Of a DNA stretch of 64,000 bases, positions 37,101 through 49,474 are shown one piece after another (position 1 is the first letter of the stretch; each line of letters opens with the position of its first letter). The notes beneath the pieces were generated by a model that worked only from the letters and a program-made list of their open reading frames with translations, was not told where the DNA came from and searched no databases. The stretch comes from Macrostomum lignano (Eukaryota): contig NIVC01001359.1 of assembly GCA_002269645.1 (NCBI GenBank), forward strand, positions 1 through 64,000, in the 5' to 3' direction. The translations under genes were made by a program, and so were the position numbers.

Positions 37101-40100
37101 TGGCCTGGCGCAGTGAAGCCTTCAGCGCAGTCACCCTGGCGGATTTATTGCGCAACTCGCCGCTCAGCCGGACAGCTTCAGCGTCCCGCAGTTTCAACTC
37201 GGCCTCGGCAGCGGCTGCCCGCTTATTGGCTGCGTTCACCTTGCTCTGCAGTTCCACCATGGCCTGCGGCACTGGCGTTGTGCCAACATTGCGCAGACGG
37301 CTTTTCAAATTGGCCACCTGAGCCTCCAGCTGGGCCACTTTGTACGGATAGTCTGTCACGGGCGAGGTCGCGGCCGAAGGTCGCGCAGCAGCGTCGCCGT
37401 TGCCTTCGGCTGCTAGACAGCGAGATTCCAACTCGCTGCATCGGTCGCGCCAGCGTTGAAGTTCGGTTCTCAGGCCGGTGATCTCGTCTGATTGAGTCTC
37501 CAGCATGGCCTGCAATTGAGTCATTTGTCAATTGGCTTGGCCTGGCAGCAATTTTGTGGCTTTTGTGGGTCTATGAACTTTTCTTCTGTGTTTACTTCTG
37601 GGAAGTTTACTGGTAGGATGTTTAATTGTAGAATGTTTACTTGCAGAATGTTTAATTGTAGGATGTTTAATTGTAGGATGTTTACTTGCAGAATGTTTAA
37701 TTGTAGGATGTTTAATTGTAGGATGTTTAATTGCAGGATGTTTAATTGTAGGATGTTTACTTGCAGAATGTTTAATTGTAGGATGTTTACTTGCAGAATG
37801 TTTAATTGTAGGATGTTTAATTGCAGGATGTTTAATTGCAGAATGTTTAATTGTAGGATGTTTACTTGTAGGATGTTTAATTTTAGGATGTTTAATTGCA
37901 GGATGTTTAATTGCAGGATGTTTAATTGCAGGATGTTTGATTGTAGGATGTTTAATTGTAGGATGTTTACTTGCAGAATGTTTAATTGTAGGATGTTTAA
38001 TTGCAGGATGTTTAATTGCAGGATGTTTAATTGTAGGATGTTTACTTGCAGAATGTTTAATTGTAGGATGTTTACTTGCAGAATGTTTAATTGTAGGATG
38101 TTTACTTGCAGAATGTTTAATTGTAGGATGTTTACTTGCAGAATGTTTAATTGTAGGATGTTTACTTGTAGGATGTTTAATTTTAGGATGTTTAATTGCA
38201 GGATGTTTAATTGCAGGATGTTTGATTGTAGGATGTTTAATTGTAGGATGTTTAATTGCAGGATGTTTAATTGTAGGATGTTTACTTGCAGAATGTTTAA
38301 TTGTAGGATGTTTACTTGTAGGATGTTTAATTTTAGGATGTTTAATTGCAGGATGTTTAATTGCAGGATGTTTAATTGCAGGATGTTTAATTGTAGGATG
38401 TTTAATTGTAGGATGTTTAATTGTAGGATGTTTACTTACACGATGTTTAATTGTAGGATGTTTAATTGTAGGATGTTTATTTGTAGGATGTTGACTATGT
38501 AATAATAGATTATCTATGTGTATATAGTATTTAAAATCTGATTTTCACCTGAGTTCCCTCTTGAAGCGATTGAACCTGCTGCAGCAGAGCTGCCTGACCT
38601 TCCAGTTGATCGCGGCGCTCTTTATCGGCGGCTGCTGCTGCGCGCGCTGCCCGACTTTCGTCGAGCGATTGGCGCGCCGCCAGCCGCGCGCTAGCCGCCT
38701 GGTCGCGCAGTTCGGCGGCTTCGGCTTGCAGGGCGCCAACTTGGGCGCGCAGGCGGCTGGCCTCAGCTTCGCTGCGCGCCAGACTGTCGCGCGCCAAAGT
38801 GTCGTGACTTTGCGCGCCGCGCTCGACATTTTTTAGCTGGCGGAGAAAAATTGAGATGGTCATACTGGTCATACAGATTGGCAATACTGGTCATACAGAT
38901 TGGCAATACTGGTCATACAGATTGGCAATACTGGTCATACAGATTAGTAATACTGGTCATACAGATTGGCAATACAAGTCATACAGATTAGTAATACTGG
39001 TCATACAGATTGGCAATACAAGTCATACAAATTAGTAATACTGGTCATACAGATTGACAATACTGGTCATACAGATTAGTAATACTGGTCATACAGATTG
39101 GCAATACTGGTCATACAGATTAGTAATACTGGTCATACAGATTGGCAATACTGGTCATACAGATTGGCAATACAAGTCATACAGATTAGTAATACTGGTC
39201 ATACAGATTGGCAATACTGGTCATACAGATTAGTAATACTGGTCATACAGATTGGCAATACTGGTCATACAGATTAGTAACACTGGTCATACAGATTGGC
39301 AATACTGGTCATACAGATTAGTAATACTGGTCATACAGATTGGCAATACAAGTCATACAGATTAGTAATACTAGTCATACAGATTGACAATACTGGTCAT
39401 ATTGATTGGTGATACTGGTCATACAGATTGGCAATACTGGTCATACAGATTAGTAATACTGGTCATACAGATTGGCAATACTGGTCATACAGATTGGCAA
39501 TACTGGTCATACAGATTAGTAATACTGGTCATACAGATTGGCAATACTGGTCATACAGATTGGTAATACTGGTCATACAGATTGGCAATACTGGTCATAC
39601 AGATTGGCAATACTGGTCATACAGATTGGCAATACTGGTCATACAGATTGGCAATACTGGTCATACAGATTGGCAATACTGGTCATATTGATTGGCAATA
39701 CTGGTCATACAGATTGGCAATACTGGTCATACAGATTGGCAATACTGGTCATACAGATTGGCAATACTGGTCATACAGATTGGTAATACTGGTCATACAG
39801 ATTGGCAATACAAGTCATACAGATTAGTAATACTGGTCATACAGATTGACAATACTGGTCATATTGATTGGTGATACTGGTCATACAGATTAGTAATACT
39901 GGTCATACAGATTGGCAATACTGGTCATACAGATTGGCAATACTAGTCATACAGATTGGCAATACTGGTCATACAGATTGGCAATACTGGTCATACAGAT
40001 TGGCAATACTGGTCATATTGATTGGCAATACTAGTCATACAGATTGGCAATACTGGTCATACAGATTGGCAATACTGGTCATACAGATTGGCAATACTGG

Positions 40101-42175
40101 TCATATTGATTGGCAATACTGGTCATACAGATTGGCAATACTGGTCATACAGATTGGCAATACTGGTCATATTGATTGGTGATACTGGTCATATTGATTG
40201 GTAATGCTGGTCATACAGATTGGTAATACTGGTCATACAGATTAGTAATACTGGTCATACAGATTAGTAATACTGGTCATACAGATTGGCAATACTGGTC
40301 ATACAGATTGGCAATACTGGTCATAATCATACAGATTGTTAAATCTGTAACTGCATTGATACATAGGTCATAAAGGATTCAAGCGAATCGAATCACCAAT
40401 TAACTCACCTGTCCGTTAAGGTGGCGATTTTTATCGTGCAAGCCGACAATTTCGGCGTCAAGTCGTTCGACTCTTTCTAACAAATCCGATTTTCTGCGTT
40501 GGGAGACAATAACAAATTTATTACATAGAGTTTTTACCAAACTAAATTTATCTCTTTTATACGTCTCTTTTACGTATGAGGATTGCTTGCAGAGTAAACT
40601 CTCGCTCCAAATCTGCGTCCTTGGTTCGAATCCACAGCGTAGCCAAATTAATAATTTAGATTAAAGCGCAAGAAGACGCTACGGCACCAAGACATGAAGA
40701 AACCAAGGCACCAAGACATGAAGACACCAAGACATGAAGACACCAAGGCACCAAGACATGAAGACACCAAGACATGAAGACACCAAGGCACCAAGACATG
40801 AAGACACCAAGGCACCAAGACATGAAGACACCAAGACATGAAGACACCAAGGCACCAAGACATGAAGACACCAGGGCACCAAGACATGAAGACACTGCCG
40901 GCGCCAAGACATGAAGACACCAAGGCACCAAGACATGAAGACACCAAGGCACCAAGACATAAAGACACTGCCGGCGCCAAGACATGAAGACACTGCCGGC
41001 GCCAAGACATGAAGACACCAAGGCACCAAGACATGAAGACACCAAGGCACCAAGACATGAAGACACCAAGGCACCAAGACATGAAGACACTGCCGGCGCC
41101 AAGACATGAAGACACCAAGGCACCAAGACATGAAGACACCAAGGCACCAAGACATGAAGACACCAAGGCACCAAGACATGAAGACACTGCCGGCACCAAG
41201 ACATGAAGACACTAAGGCACCAAGACATGAAGACACCAAGGCACCAAGACATGAAGACACTAAGGCACCAAGACATGAAGACACCAAGGCACCAAGACAT
41301 GAAGACACCAAGGCACCAAGACATGAAGACACCAAGGCACCAAGACATGAAGACACCAAGGCACCAAGACATGAAGACACCAAGGCACCAAGACATGAAG
41401 ACACTAAGGCACCAAGACATGAAGACACCAAGGCACCAAGACATGAAGACACCAAGGCACCAAGACATGAAGACACTAAGGCACCAAGACATGAAGACAC
41501 TAAGGCACCAAGACATGAAGACACTAAGGCACCAAGACATGAAGACACCAAGGCACCAAGACATGAAGACACTAAGGCACCAAGACATGAAGACACTAAG
41601 GCACCAAGACATGAAGACACCAAGGCACCAAGACATGAAGACACCAAGGCACCAAGACATGAAGACACTAAGGCACCAAGACATAGCTCTTTGAAGAAAC
41701 AAACTAACCTTCTGTGTCAATACAGTAACTCATGTTACTTTCGATACATACCGGATTATCTACTATACAAAGACTCACTGTTTCATTAGTCCGGACACTT
41801 CCGAAGACAGTCGAGCATTTTGCGATTCCAATTCAGCTAATCGAGCGTCTTTTGCTTGCAAAATTTGCAACACCTTTTGATCTTTTGCTTCTGCCCGTTC
41901 TCGCTCTCTGAAATAAAGAAAGCAGTTTATTTGATTGAAGAAAAGTAAAATATAAACACACGGTGCAGGTCGTGTCGAATTAATAATGCGACTCACCTTT
42001 GAGCAACCAGACTAACAGCTTGACCAACATCGGGCGTCGTAGCTTGCAACTTCTTCCACAAAGACCAGACAAACTCTTTGTCGGCGCGCAATTTTGCTAG
42101 CTGATCGCGAAGGTCGTCGTTTTCGCTGCGCAATGCCGCAAAACTACTTGCCGATGGCGTTAAAGGTTCTTCCAT
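31183..42175 (-). CDS. CNTLN: Centlein-like centrosomal coiled-coil protein, ~1021 aa, 10 exons
   Basis: Phase-consistent exons (minus) 42175..41997, 41907..41779, 40493..40409, 38836..38549, 37509..37052, 35600..35261, 35062..34496, 33509..33217, 32918..32306, 31296..31183 (3066 nt). KEFVWSLWKKLQATTPDVGQAVSLVAQRERERAEAKDQKVLQILQAKD matches the centlein N-terminal motif; the acidic GWEDV segment is also centlein-like. The last exon is less certain. Confidence 0.88.
31430..32105. repeat. 28-bp minisatellite in the last centlein intron
   Basis: gtaagtatcccctgaagtttcagagtt(c/t), period 28. Confidence 0.96.
32140..32245. repeat. Short 7/14-bp repeat (gaatatcgaatgtc)
   Basis: Direct reading. Confidence 0.75.
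32928..33110. repeat. ~11-12 bp GC-box repeat (ggggcggaaa) abutting a centlein acceptor
   Basis: Repeated gggcggaaa motifs. Confidence 0.8.
33570..34485. repeat. gtgagacagg/gtgagacagaca composite minisatellite in centlein intron 7
   Basis: Direct reading; source of the LSHPVS-type ORFs. Confidence 0.93.
35985..36870. repeat. 16-bp minisatellite in centlein intron 5
   Basis: atctccgacactccat with ccac/ttcat variants. Confidence 0.95.
37610..38500. repeat. 15-bp minisatellite in centlein intron 4
   Basis: tttaattgtaggatg with tttacttgcagaatg variants. Confidence 0.95.
38865..40340. repeat. 22-bp minisatellite in centlein intron 3
   Basis: ggtcatacagattggcaatact. Confidence 0.96.
40685..41685. 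repeat. 24-bp minisatellite in centlein intron 2
   Basis: acaccaaggcaccaagacatgaag, period 41281->41305. Confidence 0.96.
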
Positions 42176-43920
42176 TTATAAGTAAACGGAAAAGTGGGCG
42201 CAACAGTTTTAGTGAAACTGTACCAGTCTAATTGGAGGGAGCATCTGAAAGATAAATAAGCGGGAATATTTTAAACGATATATAAAAAATATAGTAAAAC
42301 GCTCTGAGTCGCTGATAGTAGTAAGAAAACTAATTAAAAAAACTTTTATTGAATACTAGGAAAATAAAGAAGAAAAGAAAACAAGCATTGCATACGAACT
42401 GAATAAAATTCATCTTATCACTCCGCAATACATGGTCGATGCTGTTCCTTAACTGATAATGTTTAATTTCTATGCATAAATATCAAAATAATTATATTTT
42501 CGGCATTCTCTATGCCGCCAACTGGGTGTAACAAATTCAAATTAACATAATAAGGCGCACAACCGATTGAAATTGATAAAGCAATGAATCAAAATTTAAC
42601 CATGAAAATTGGAAGCATCCATGTGTTTGAAGCGACCGCATAGTCAATACATGAAACCATTGATATATTGTAAAATTCGCTACTAGTACAAAAATCACGG
42701 CCTAATTAATTTAAAAAAACGGTGAGACACAAGAGAGTCAGTTGGTAACAAAGGACCAAGTACAAAACAGAAAAAAATAATTGATAGGAATCAAAATGGA
42801 ACACATCTGCCAAAGTTGCATACGCACAATTGAATTCCTTGGATAAAATTGACACTTTTATATCTTACTTCCCTTCATACTATTCATAAAATTTTAATGG
42901 AAAGCAAAACAGAAATGTTCCGAAATAGTTGCGAAAAAAAATAGTTGGCATGGAGACAAAATTCGATGATAAAAATGTTACAGTTGGGTAGGTAGTAGTA
43001 CGAAGTACCGATACCAAAGTCTGGATTTAAGAAACTTGTCAGAACAATGTGGGACTGCATCCTTCATAGCACCATCGAAGATACAAAGAAAAAGGTAAAG
43101 ACTTAAATAAATATGGAGATACAGTAGTATAAGTGTTCTGTCGCTATTTTTAAGACATTAGATAAAAACAGACATTTTAAAATGATGTATATTTTACACT
43201 GTTCTACTATTAGTAGATAAAAAAACCACAGTTGAATGTTTTATAATTAATCTAAAACTGACAAATAGACCAATATAAATGGTGGGGTGAATTCGCCTTG
43301 CGCAGAATTTTTTTGAACTTCTTGCATAAGGCACGACACAGCAGCACGTAAATAAGCTAGGTTGATTCTTTATTGCCTGATGGCAGTCTGCAATCTGCGC
43401 GCCCCCTCGGGGGGGGGGGTGGCCAGCCCAAGGATAAGAAAAGAAAAAACGAATGTACATTGAAAAGATAAGAAAACAGGAATGTACATTAGCTACTGTC
43501 CGCGCGGAGAGGGTAGAAGTCGACGCGGGGGGCGAGAAACTTTGGGGCTGTGGAATGCGGCGGATGAGCGAACACATTAAGGGGCAGTTTTGAGCGGCAA
43601 TTAAAGAATGAACTTGGGGGGGGGTCTGGTGCAAGTTTATCGCCAGCAAGATTAGTCTTAGACAGTTAATAATATGCGGTTTAAAACTGCAACACATTTC
43701 ATTTCATCTTGGATGTTTAAATTGTACTGCAGGCATTAGGTGAAACGGTGGCGGGTCAAGACAAAGTGAATGAAATCGACAGGTTAACTCTTATATAACA
43801 GAGACAAATAAAGGGTTTGCTAGCAAAATAGCTCTGTTATCTTAAACGGTTCTTAACAAGAAAATCGTTGCAATATAATAAACCGAACTAATGTTGAATG
43901 AATAAATGAATTTTACATTA

Positions 43921-45858
43921 TTAACCTTTCGATTTATTAAAAGCGTTAGTGAATGGTTGAACTCGCGGAAATGACGTCGTTGGCTTAAAAGTGAATCTAT
44001 CAGCAAAGCCGCGTGACTGGCGTGGCTGCTGCTGTTGAAACTGCTGACGCTGCGCCTGCTGCTGTTGAGGCGGACCTGGCGGCGGCACTGACGGAGGAGC
44101 GCGAGGCGGCGGCGGCGGCGGAGGCGGTCGACTAGCAACACCTTTTGAAGGGCCCGTTGAAGGCGTTGGAGCCGGCCTAGGGTGCTGCGGCACTGGCGGC
44201 GGCCGCTGCTGCTGTGACTGCGGAGGCAAACTAGGAATCCCGGCTGCTTTTAAACCGGGCATTGCTTTGTTAATAGCCGCTTCTGGCGAGGGCGCCTTTC
44301 CAACTGGCGGTACGGGAGGCGGAGGCGGCGGCTTCTGCTGCTGTACAGCTGGCGTCGTTGGCGAAACTGGCTTCTGGCTCTGCGACGGCGGTGGCGGTGG
44401 CGGCCCAGATGCGGCTGGCACTGCAGGCTTCAAACCCGGAGATGGAGGCGGCGGAGGCGGCCCAGATGCGGCTGGCACTGCGGGCTTCAAACCCGCAGAT
44501 GGAGGCGGCGGAGGCGGCCCAGATGCGGCTGGCACTGCGGGCTTCAAACCCGCAGATGGAGGCGGCGGAGGCGGCCCAGATGCGGCTGGCACTGCAGGCT
44601 TCAAACCCGCAGATGGAGGCGGCGGAGGCGGCCCAGATGCGGCTGGCACTGCAGGCTTCAAACCCGGAGATGGAGGCGGCGGAGGCGTTGTTGCTGCAGC
44701 TGGTGGGGCATTCGAAGCCGTCGGCTTCAGATTAGCCGCGGGCGGAGGCGGAGCACCCGAGGTGGCAGCAGCGGCGGGGATGAACGGCTTTGGACCGGGC
44801 CGAGAGGCTTTCTGAGCTCCGCCTCCGCCGCCACCTGGGCCCCCTCCGCCTCCGCCAGCTTTATTCTGGCGACGGGCGATGCGAGCTGCCAGCTCGTCTT
44901 GCAGAGAGCCGCCGCCGCCGCCCATTGAAAACGGAGCTGCGGGCCTCGGTCCCGACGAGGTGTCATCGCCTCCGCCCCCCCGCCAGCTGCTGGAGACGGT
45001 CTGGCCGACGACGGGCCGTTGCCTGGGCAATGGTGGATATTTTGACAGTGCCTATAAGCAAAACCGTTCATTTCAATCAAAATATAAGAGCCAGAAGCAG
45101 CCAACGAAAACCTGGGAGGGTGACACCCAGTTGCTGAGTTTCTGGGAGGCTGGCCCAGCAACTGAGGATCTGTGAGGCTGGCCCAGCAACTGACACTCTG
45201 GGAGGCCGGCCCAGCAACTGAGGATCTGGGAGGCTGGCCCAGCAACTGAGCATCTGGGAGGCTGGCCCAGCAACTGAGCATCTGGGAGGCTGGCCCAGCA
45301 ACTGAGCATCTGGGAGGCTGGCCCAGCAACTGAGGATCTGGGAGGCTGGCTCAGCAACTGAGGATCTGGGAGGCTGGCCCAGCAACTGAGGATCTGGGAG
45401 GCTGGCCCAGCAACTGAGGATCTGGGAGGCTGGCCCAGCAACTGAGGATCTGGGAGGCTGGCCCAGCAACTGAGGATCTGGGAGGCTGGCCCAGCAACTG
45501 AGGATCTGGAAAGGTGAACTATAATATTTGTGAAGCCATAAGCTCACTGAGGTATCAGGTGGAGCAGTGCAGCAGCTCACTGAAAACAGCAGAAATTAAT
45601 AAATGAGCACAAGTCCATAGACTCACTTGGCTTGTCCGATCCAACTAGTGCAGTGCTGCGATCATTTTTCTCGCTTTCAGGCACTTTCTTTAGCCGTGTA
45701 CCTTTCTGAATGGCGCCCAGCAGGGCATTTCTATCGTTCCCACCGCCGGGAGGCTTTGGAGCTCCGCCGCTTGGTGCCTTCGGAGCCGAGGGTGCTGGCG
45801 GAGGCGGCGGCGGAGGCGGTGGCGGTGGAGGCGGCGGTGGCGGCGGAGGTGGCGGCAT
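43921..45858 (-). CDS. WIPF: WIP/verprolin-like actin regulator (poly-Pro, WH2, proline-rich body, C-terminal WASP-binding-like motif); apparent frameshift near 44978
   Basis: Exon 1 45858..45627: M + 20 Pro, then WH2 RNALLGAIQKGTRLKKV..NDRS. Exon 2 from ~45022 ends with GFADRFTFKPTTSFPRVQPF (cf. WIP FESRFYFHPISDLPPPEPY). The exact 3' end (stop at 43921 or a further small exon) is unresolved. Confidence 0.82.
44385..44680 (-). repeat. 57-bp coding minisatellite (19-aa GLKPAVPAASGPPPPPPSA x ~5) within WIP
   Basis: Period 44404->44461 = 57; in frame with the WIP ORF. Confidence 0.92.
45110..45510. repeat. 28-bp minisatellite in WIP intron 1; same family as 26925 and 29535 arrays
   Basis: ctgggaggctggcccagcaactgaggat. 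Confidence 0.95.
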
Positions 45859-46257
45859 GTGGATGATAGTACAGGTTAGAAGAGTGACTGCAATTTTAAA
45901 AAAAATGTTGATTGAACTTATCTTTTAGTTCCTGAAAGATGCTAAACTGCAAATGGCGCTTATTAACGTTTAAATAGAGTGGAAAATCTATTTTTAGACT
46001 CTGATGCTTTTTTAGACAATGCCCAGCTAATGAGATAATTGTGCTTCAAGTAATTTGCGTTGCGCACTACTGACTCATATAGTTCAAAATTGGCATATAG
46101 AGTAAGCTGACTACTCCTGCACTGTATGCATGATTAATCTAGTATGATTCGAGGGACATACAGGTACATGCGCAACCCCTCTGATTTAAAAAGTAAGTCG
46201 GTGTGACTTACTTTTTGACCAAACATGCAACTTACCTATGAAATAAACCTAAGCAGA

Positions 46258-47263
46258 AGGGCCTGTCAACTTAACCTCATAAAGTGGAGCCTGAGTAACC
46301 TATGTACACAAATGATCCATCATTCTGCCCACAATGATACCAGGAATATGTAAACTAATGATACATCATTCTGCCCACAATGATACCAGGAATATGTACA
46401 CTAATGATACATCATTCTGCCCACAATGATACCAGGAATATGTAAACTAATGATACATCATTCTGCCCACAATGATACCAGGAATATGTAAACTAATGAT
46501 ACATCATTCTGCCCACAATGATACCAGGAATATGTAAACTAATGATACATCATTCTGCCCACAATGATACCAGGAATATGTACACTAATGATACATCATT
46601 CTGCCCACAATGATACCAGGAATATGTAAACTAATGATACATCATTCTGCCCACAATGATACCAGGAATATGTACACTAATGATACATCATTCTGCCCAC
46701 AATGATACCAGGAATATGTACACTAATGATACATCATTCTGCCCACAATGATACCAGGAATATGTACACTAATGATACATCATTCTGCCCACAATGATAC
46801 CAGGAATATGTACACTAATGATACATCATTCTGCCCACAATGATACCAGGAATATGTACACTAATGATACATCATTCTGCCCACAATGATACCAGGAATA
46901 TGTACACTAATGATACATCATTCTGCCCACAATGATACCAGGAATATGTACACTAATGATACATCATTCTGCCCACAATGATACCAGGAATTGTATACTA
47001 ATGATACATCATTCTGCACACAATGATACCAGGAAGCAGGGTTTGGCAAAAAAAGCAACAAAAATTGAACTTGGGAGAAAAAGCAAGGCAATAATTTGAG
47101 GACTATTTTGTCAACTTAAGCTCATAAAGTCCCTAATTCTTCACTTGCTTGCCAAACCCAGCAGCTCTCTAGTGTGATTGTGAGCAGAATGACATATTGT
47201 TTGTTTATGGCTTATATATAATTTAATTAGGCTCCACTTTATAAGCTTAAGTTAACAGGCCCT
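46258..47263. mobile_element. Non-autonomous TIR DNA transposon (Kolobok-like termini) carrying an internal 46-bp array
   Basis: 35-bp TIRs at 46258-46292 and 47229-47263 match at 32/35; termini AGGGCC...GGCCCT; TTAA follows on the right, but the left flank reads CAGA. Confidence 0.7.
46313..47035. repeat. 46-bp minisatellite (~15 copies) inside the TIR element
   Basis: cattctgcccacaatgataccaggaatatgtacactaatgatacat, period 46321->46367. Confidence 0.96.
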
Positions 47264-49474
47264 TTAATGTATTAGTGCAATTTTGGGTGAATGATAGGAG
47301 TTAATATAACTATATTATAAGGCTAAATACCTCATCATTGATTTATTACTATGTCCATATATTTGGATAGGCAATTTTGCAACTTAGGTTGGCTGGGCCC
47401 CTCACCCACCAGCCAAAATGTATATGCATGTATAATTTGAGATATTGTTGACTAAACTTAATTGGTGCTTTTGCATTTGGAGTTAAGCTAGTCTTTGATA
47501 AGTTTAGAGACAGTAAATAATCTATGTACTTTAAAGAACATATTTCTTAAAATTTATAAAAGTGCAACCATTACTGATTAGATAATAGTTTTCTTACTAA
47601 CCTTTAGAGTTTTGAAAGTTTATAAACATCAAACTGAGTCAAGAACTATAGAAAATTCTTTCTTTAATTTGTTGTATTAATGATTACAAGGAATCCCTAA
47701 ATGCTGTTGACTTAAAAATTACCCAAAATCCAAGCTTGGTTGGACCTTACTAGTTTAGTCTTAATAATGCAAGCTCTAAATACAAAGCATAAAAAAGAAA
47801 ACAAAAATAATGAAATTCTTTAGAAATTCTTTAGAAAACTTATCAAATATTTTTTTATCTGAAAACCTATAAAATCATCTCGTGACTTCATCTAGTGGCA
47901 TAAAAGTAATTATTAAAAACTTTTTTTCAAGAAAGAGTGTTGCTTAACCTGATAGATATGAATAAGATAATGAATTTGCTAGCAGGGTCCAATAATTATA
48001 TTTTTGTTAGCCTAGCCTATTGGAAGAGGATAATGGATATAGCTTCTATTATTGTATATAATGGCCATGTAGTTACCACAGACATAACTTATTGATATAA
48101 GGCCTAATAAAAAATATAATAAATAGAATATTCTATATAAAGCAACAAATTGTATTAAATAATTTAAAAACAAAATGAGAAATGACTTTGTTTAAGACAT
48201 AAAACTTTATTGTATTATATATAATTACTAAAATATATATTAGGCTAAAAATATTAGCTTCCACCCAATATATATTTGGGTGGCATTGGCAATGTCCTAG
48301 TTTCTTGCATTAAATTATTTTGACCCAAAATTTGAAACAAACAAACAAAAGCAAGTTTATTCAAGATTTAAAATGAGTCTTTGGTCTTAAAAGAGTATTA
48401 CATAGCGTAGTAATGTATTAGCCAGTACAGAAAGCTGCTGAAGCTCTTTTTGGGTAGAGTTGGTACTAGAGAAATTTGCTAAGCTAGGAGTCAAAAAGAT
48501 CATCACTGGTGCCAAGTTGACTACAAAAATTTGCCTTCCTGTGAGCCCAGGTGCCTTCAATGGTATTCTCAATGACTGATCTCAAGGTCATAGAAGTCGG
48601 CCAATGGCCACAAATTGGTAGGAGGTAGGATATTTACAAGTGCTTGAGGTTATCCAGCCATGATTTAAACTGAAAATAATGAAAATCAGGTCAAAATAAT
48701 TTAATGCAGGAAACTAAGACATTGCCATTTGGGTTGAAAGTGATTTAATCTGCTACATTTTATTTGTCACTTCTATATTTGCTAATATTTGTGGAGTCAT
48801 TTTGTTTGTTATGAAAAGCTATATATCAAGTTGTGGGACTTAGAATGGTGATGGAACAAGGTGGCCAGACCAATGTGGCCACAAGGCAAAAAATATTGGA
48901 AAATAAATAAAAAAAACTAAAAGTGCTGCTTATATGCAACCAATATAGTTCTTAATTTTAAGTAAATAAAGTTTTATAAGTAAGAAGTTGTTACATTTGC
49001 ATGATTTTGTAAGAATTGCTTGTAAGAATTGTTTGCATGAACAAAGTTTAATTAGGCACTTAGGTTTAGGTAAATAGAATACATTTGTAATGTAATGTAA
49101 TATTGTAACTTCTCATCATAGGCCCTACTTTATAATTATATGACATGACAATTAAAGTGACATGCCAATTAATTACTATCTATAAGTTATGGTATATTAT
49201 GTTCTTTTTTGCATTTTTGGTCTCATTGGCTTGTCATTAATGTTAGTTACCTATAATTTGTCATTATTTATGCAAATTTGTTAATCAGTGAGAGTTAGTG
49301 CAAAAATCTTACATTGAATATTTAATAAATTCTTATTAATGCTTATTAATGGATTAGCACTTATTAACGGAATGGTGTCCGTATTTACTTAAAACAATCT
49401 GTATTTATACCAATAGATAATGAAGACGAATTCGTACCAATAGATAATCAAGACAAAATAAATTCTATGATATC

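Noticed and set aside
40575-40645. B-box GGTTCGAATCC at 40623-40633 as a tRNA gene
   Set aside because: No convincing A box or cloverleaf; at most a decayed SINE head.
45548-45579. Micro-exon (MSCCTAPPDTS) in WIP intron 1
   Set aside because: It has a good acceptor but leaves phase 0, which does not fit the best downstream acceptor; peptide is not WIP-like. Kept only as an alternative.
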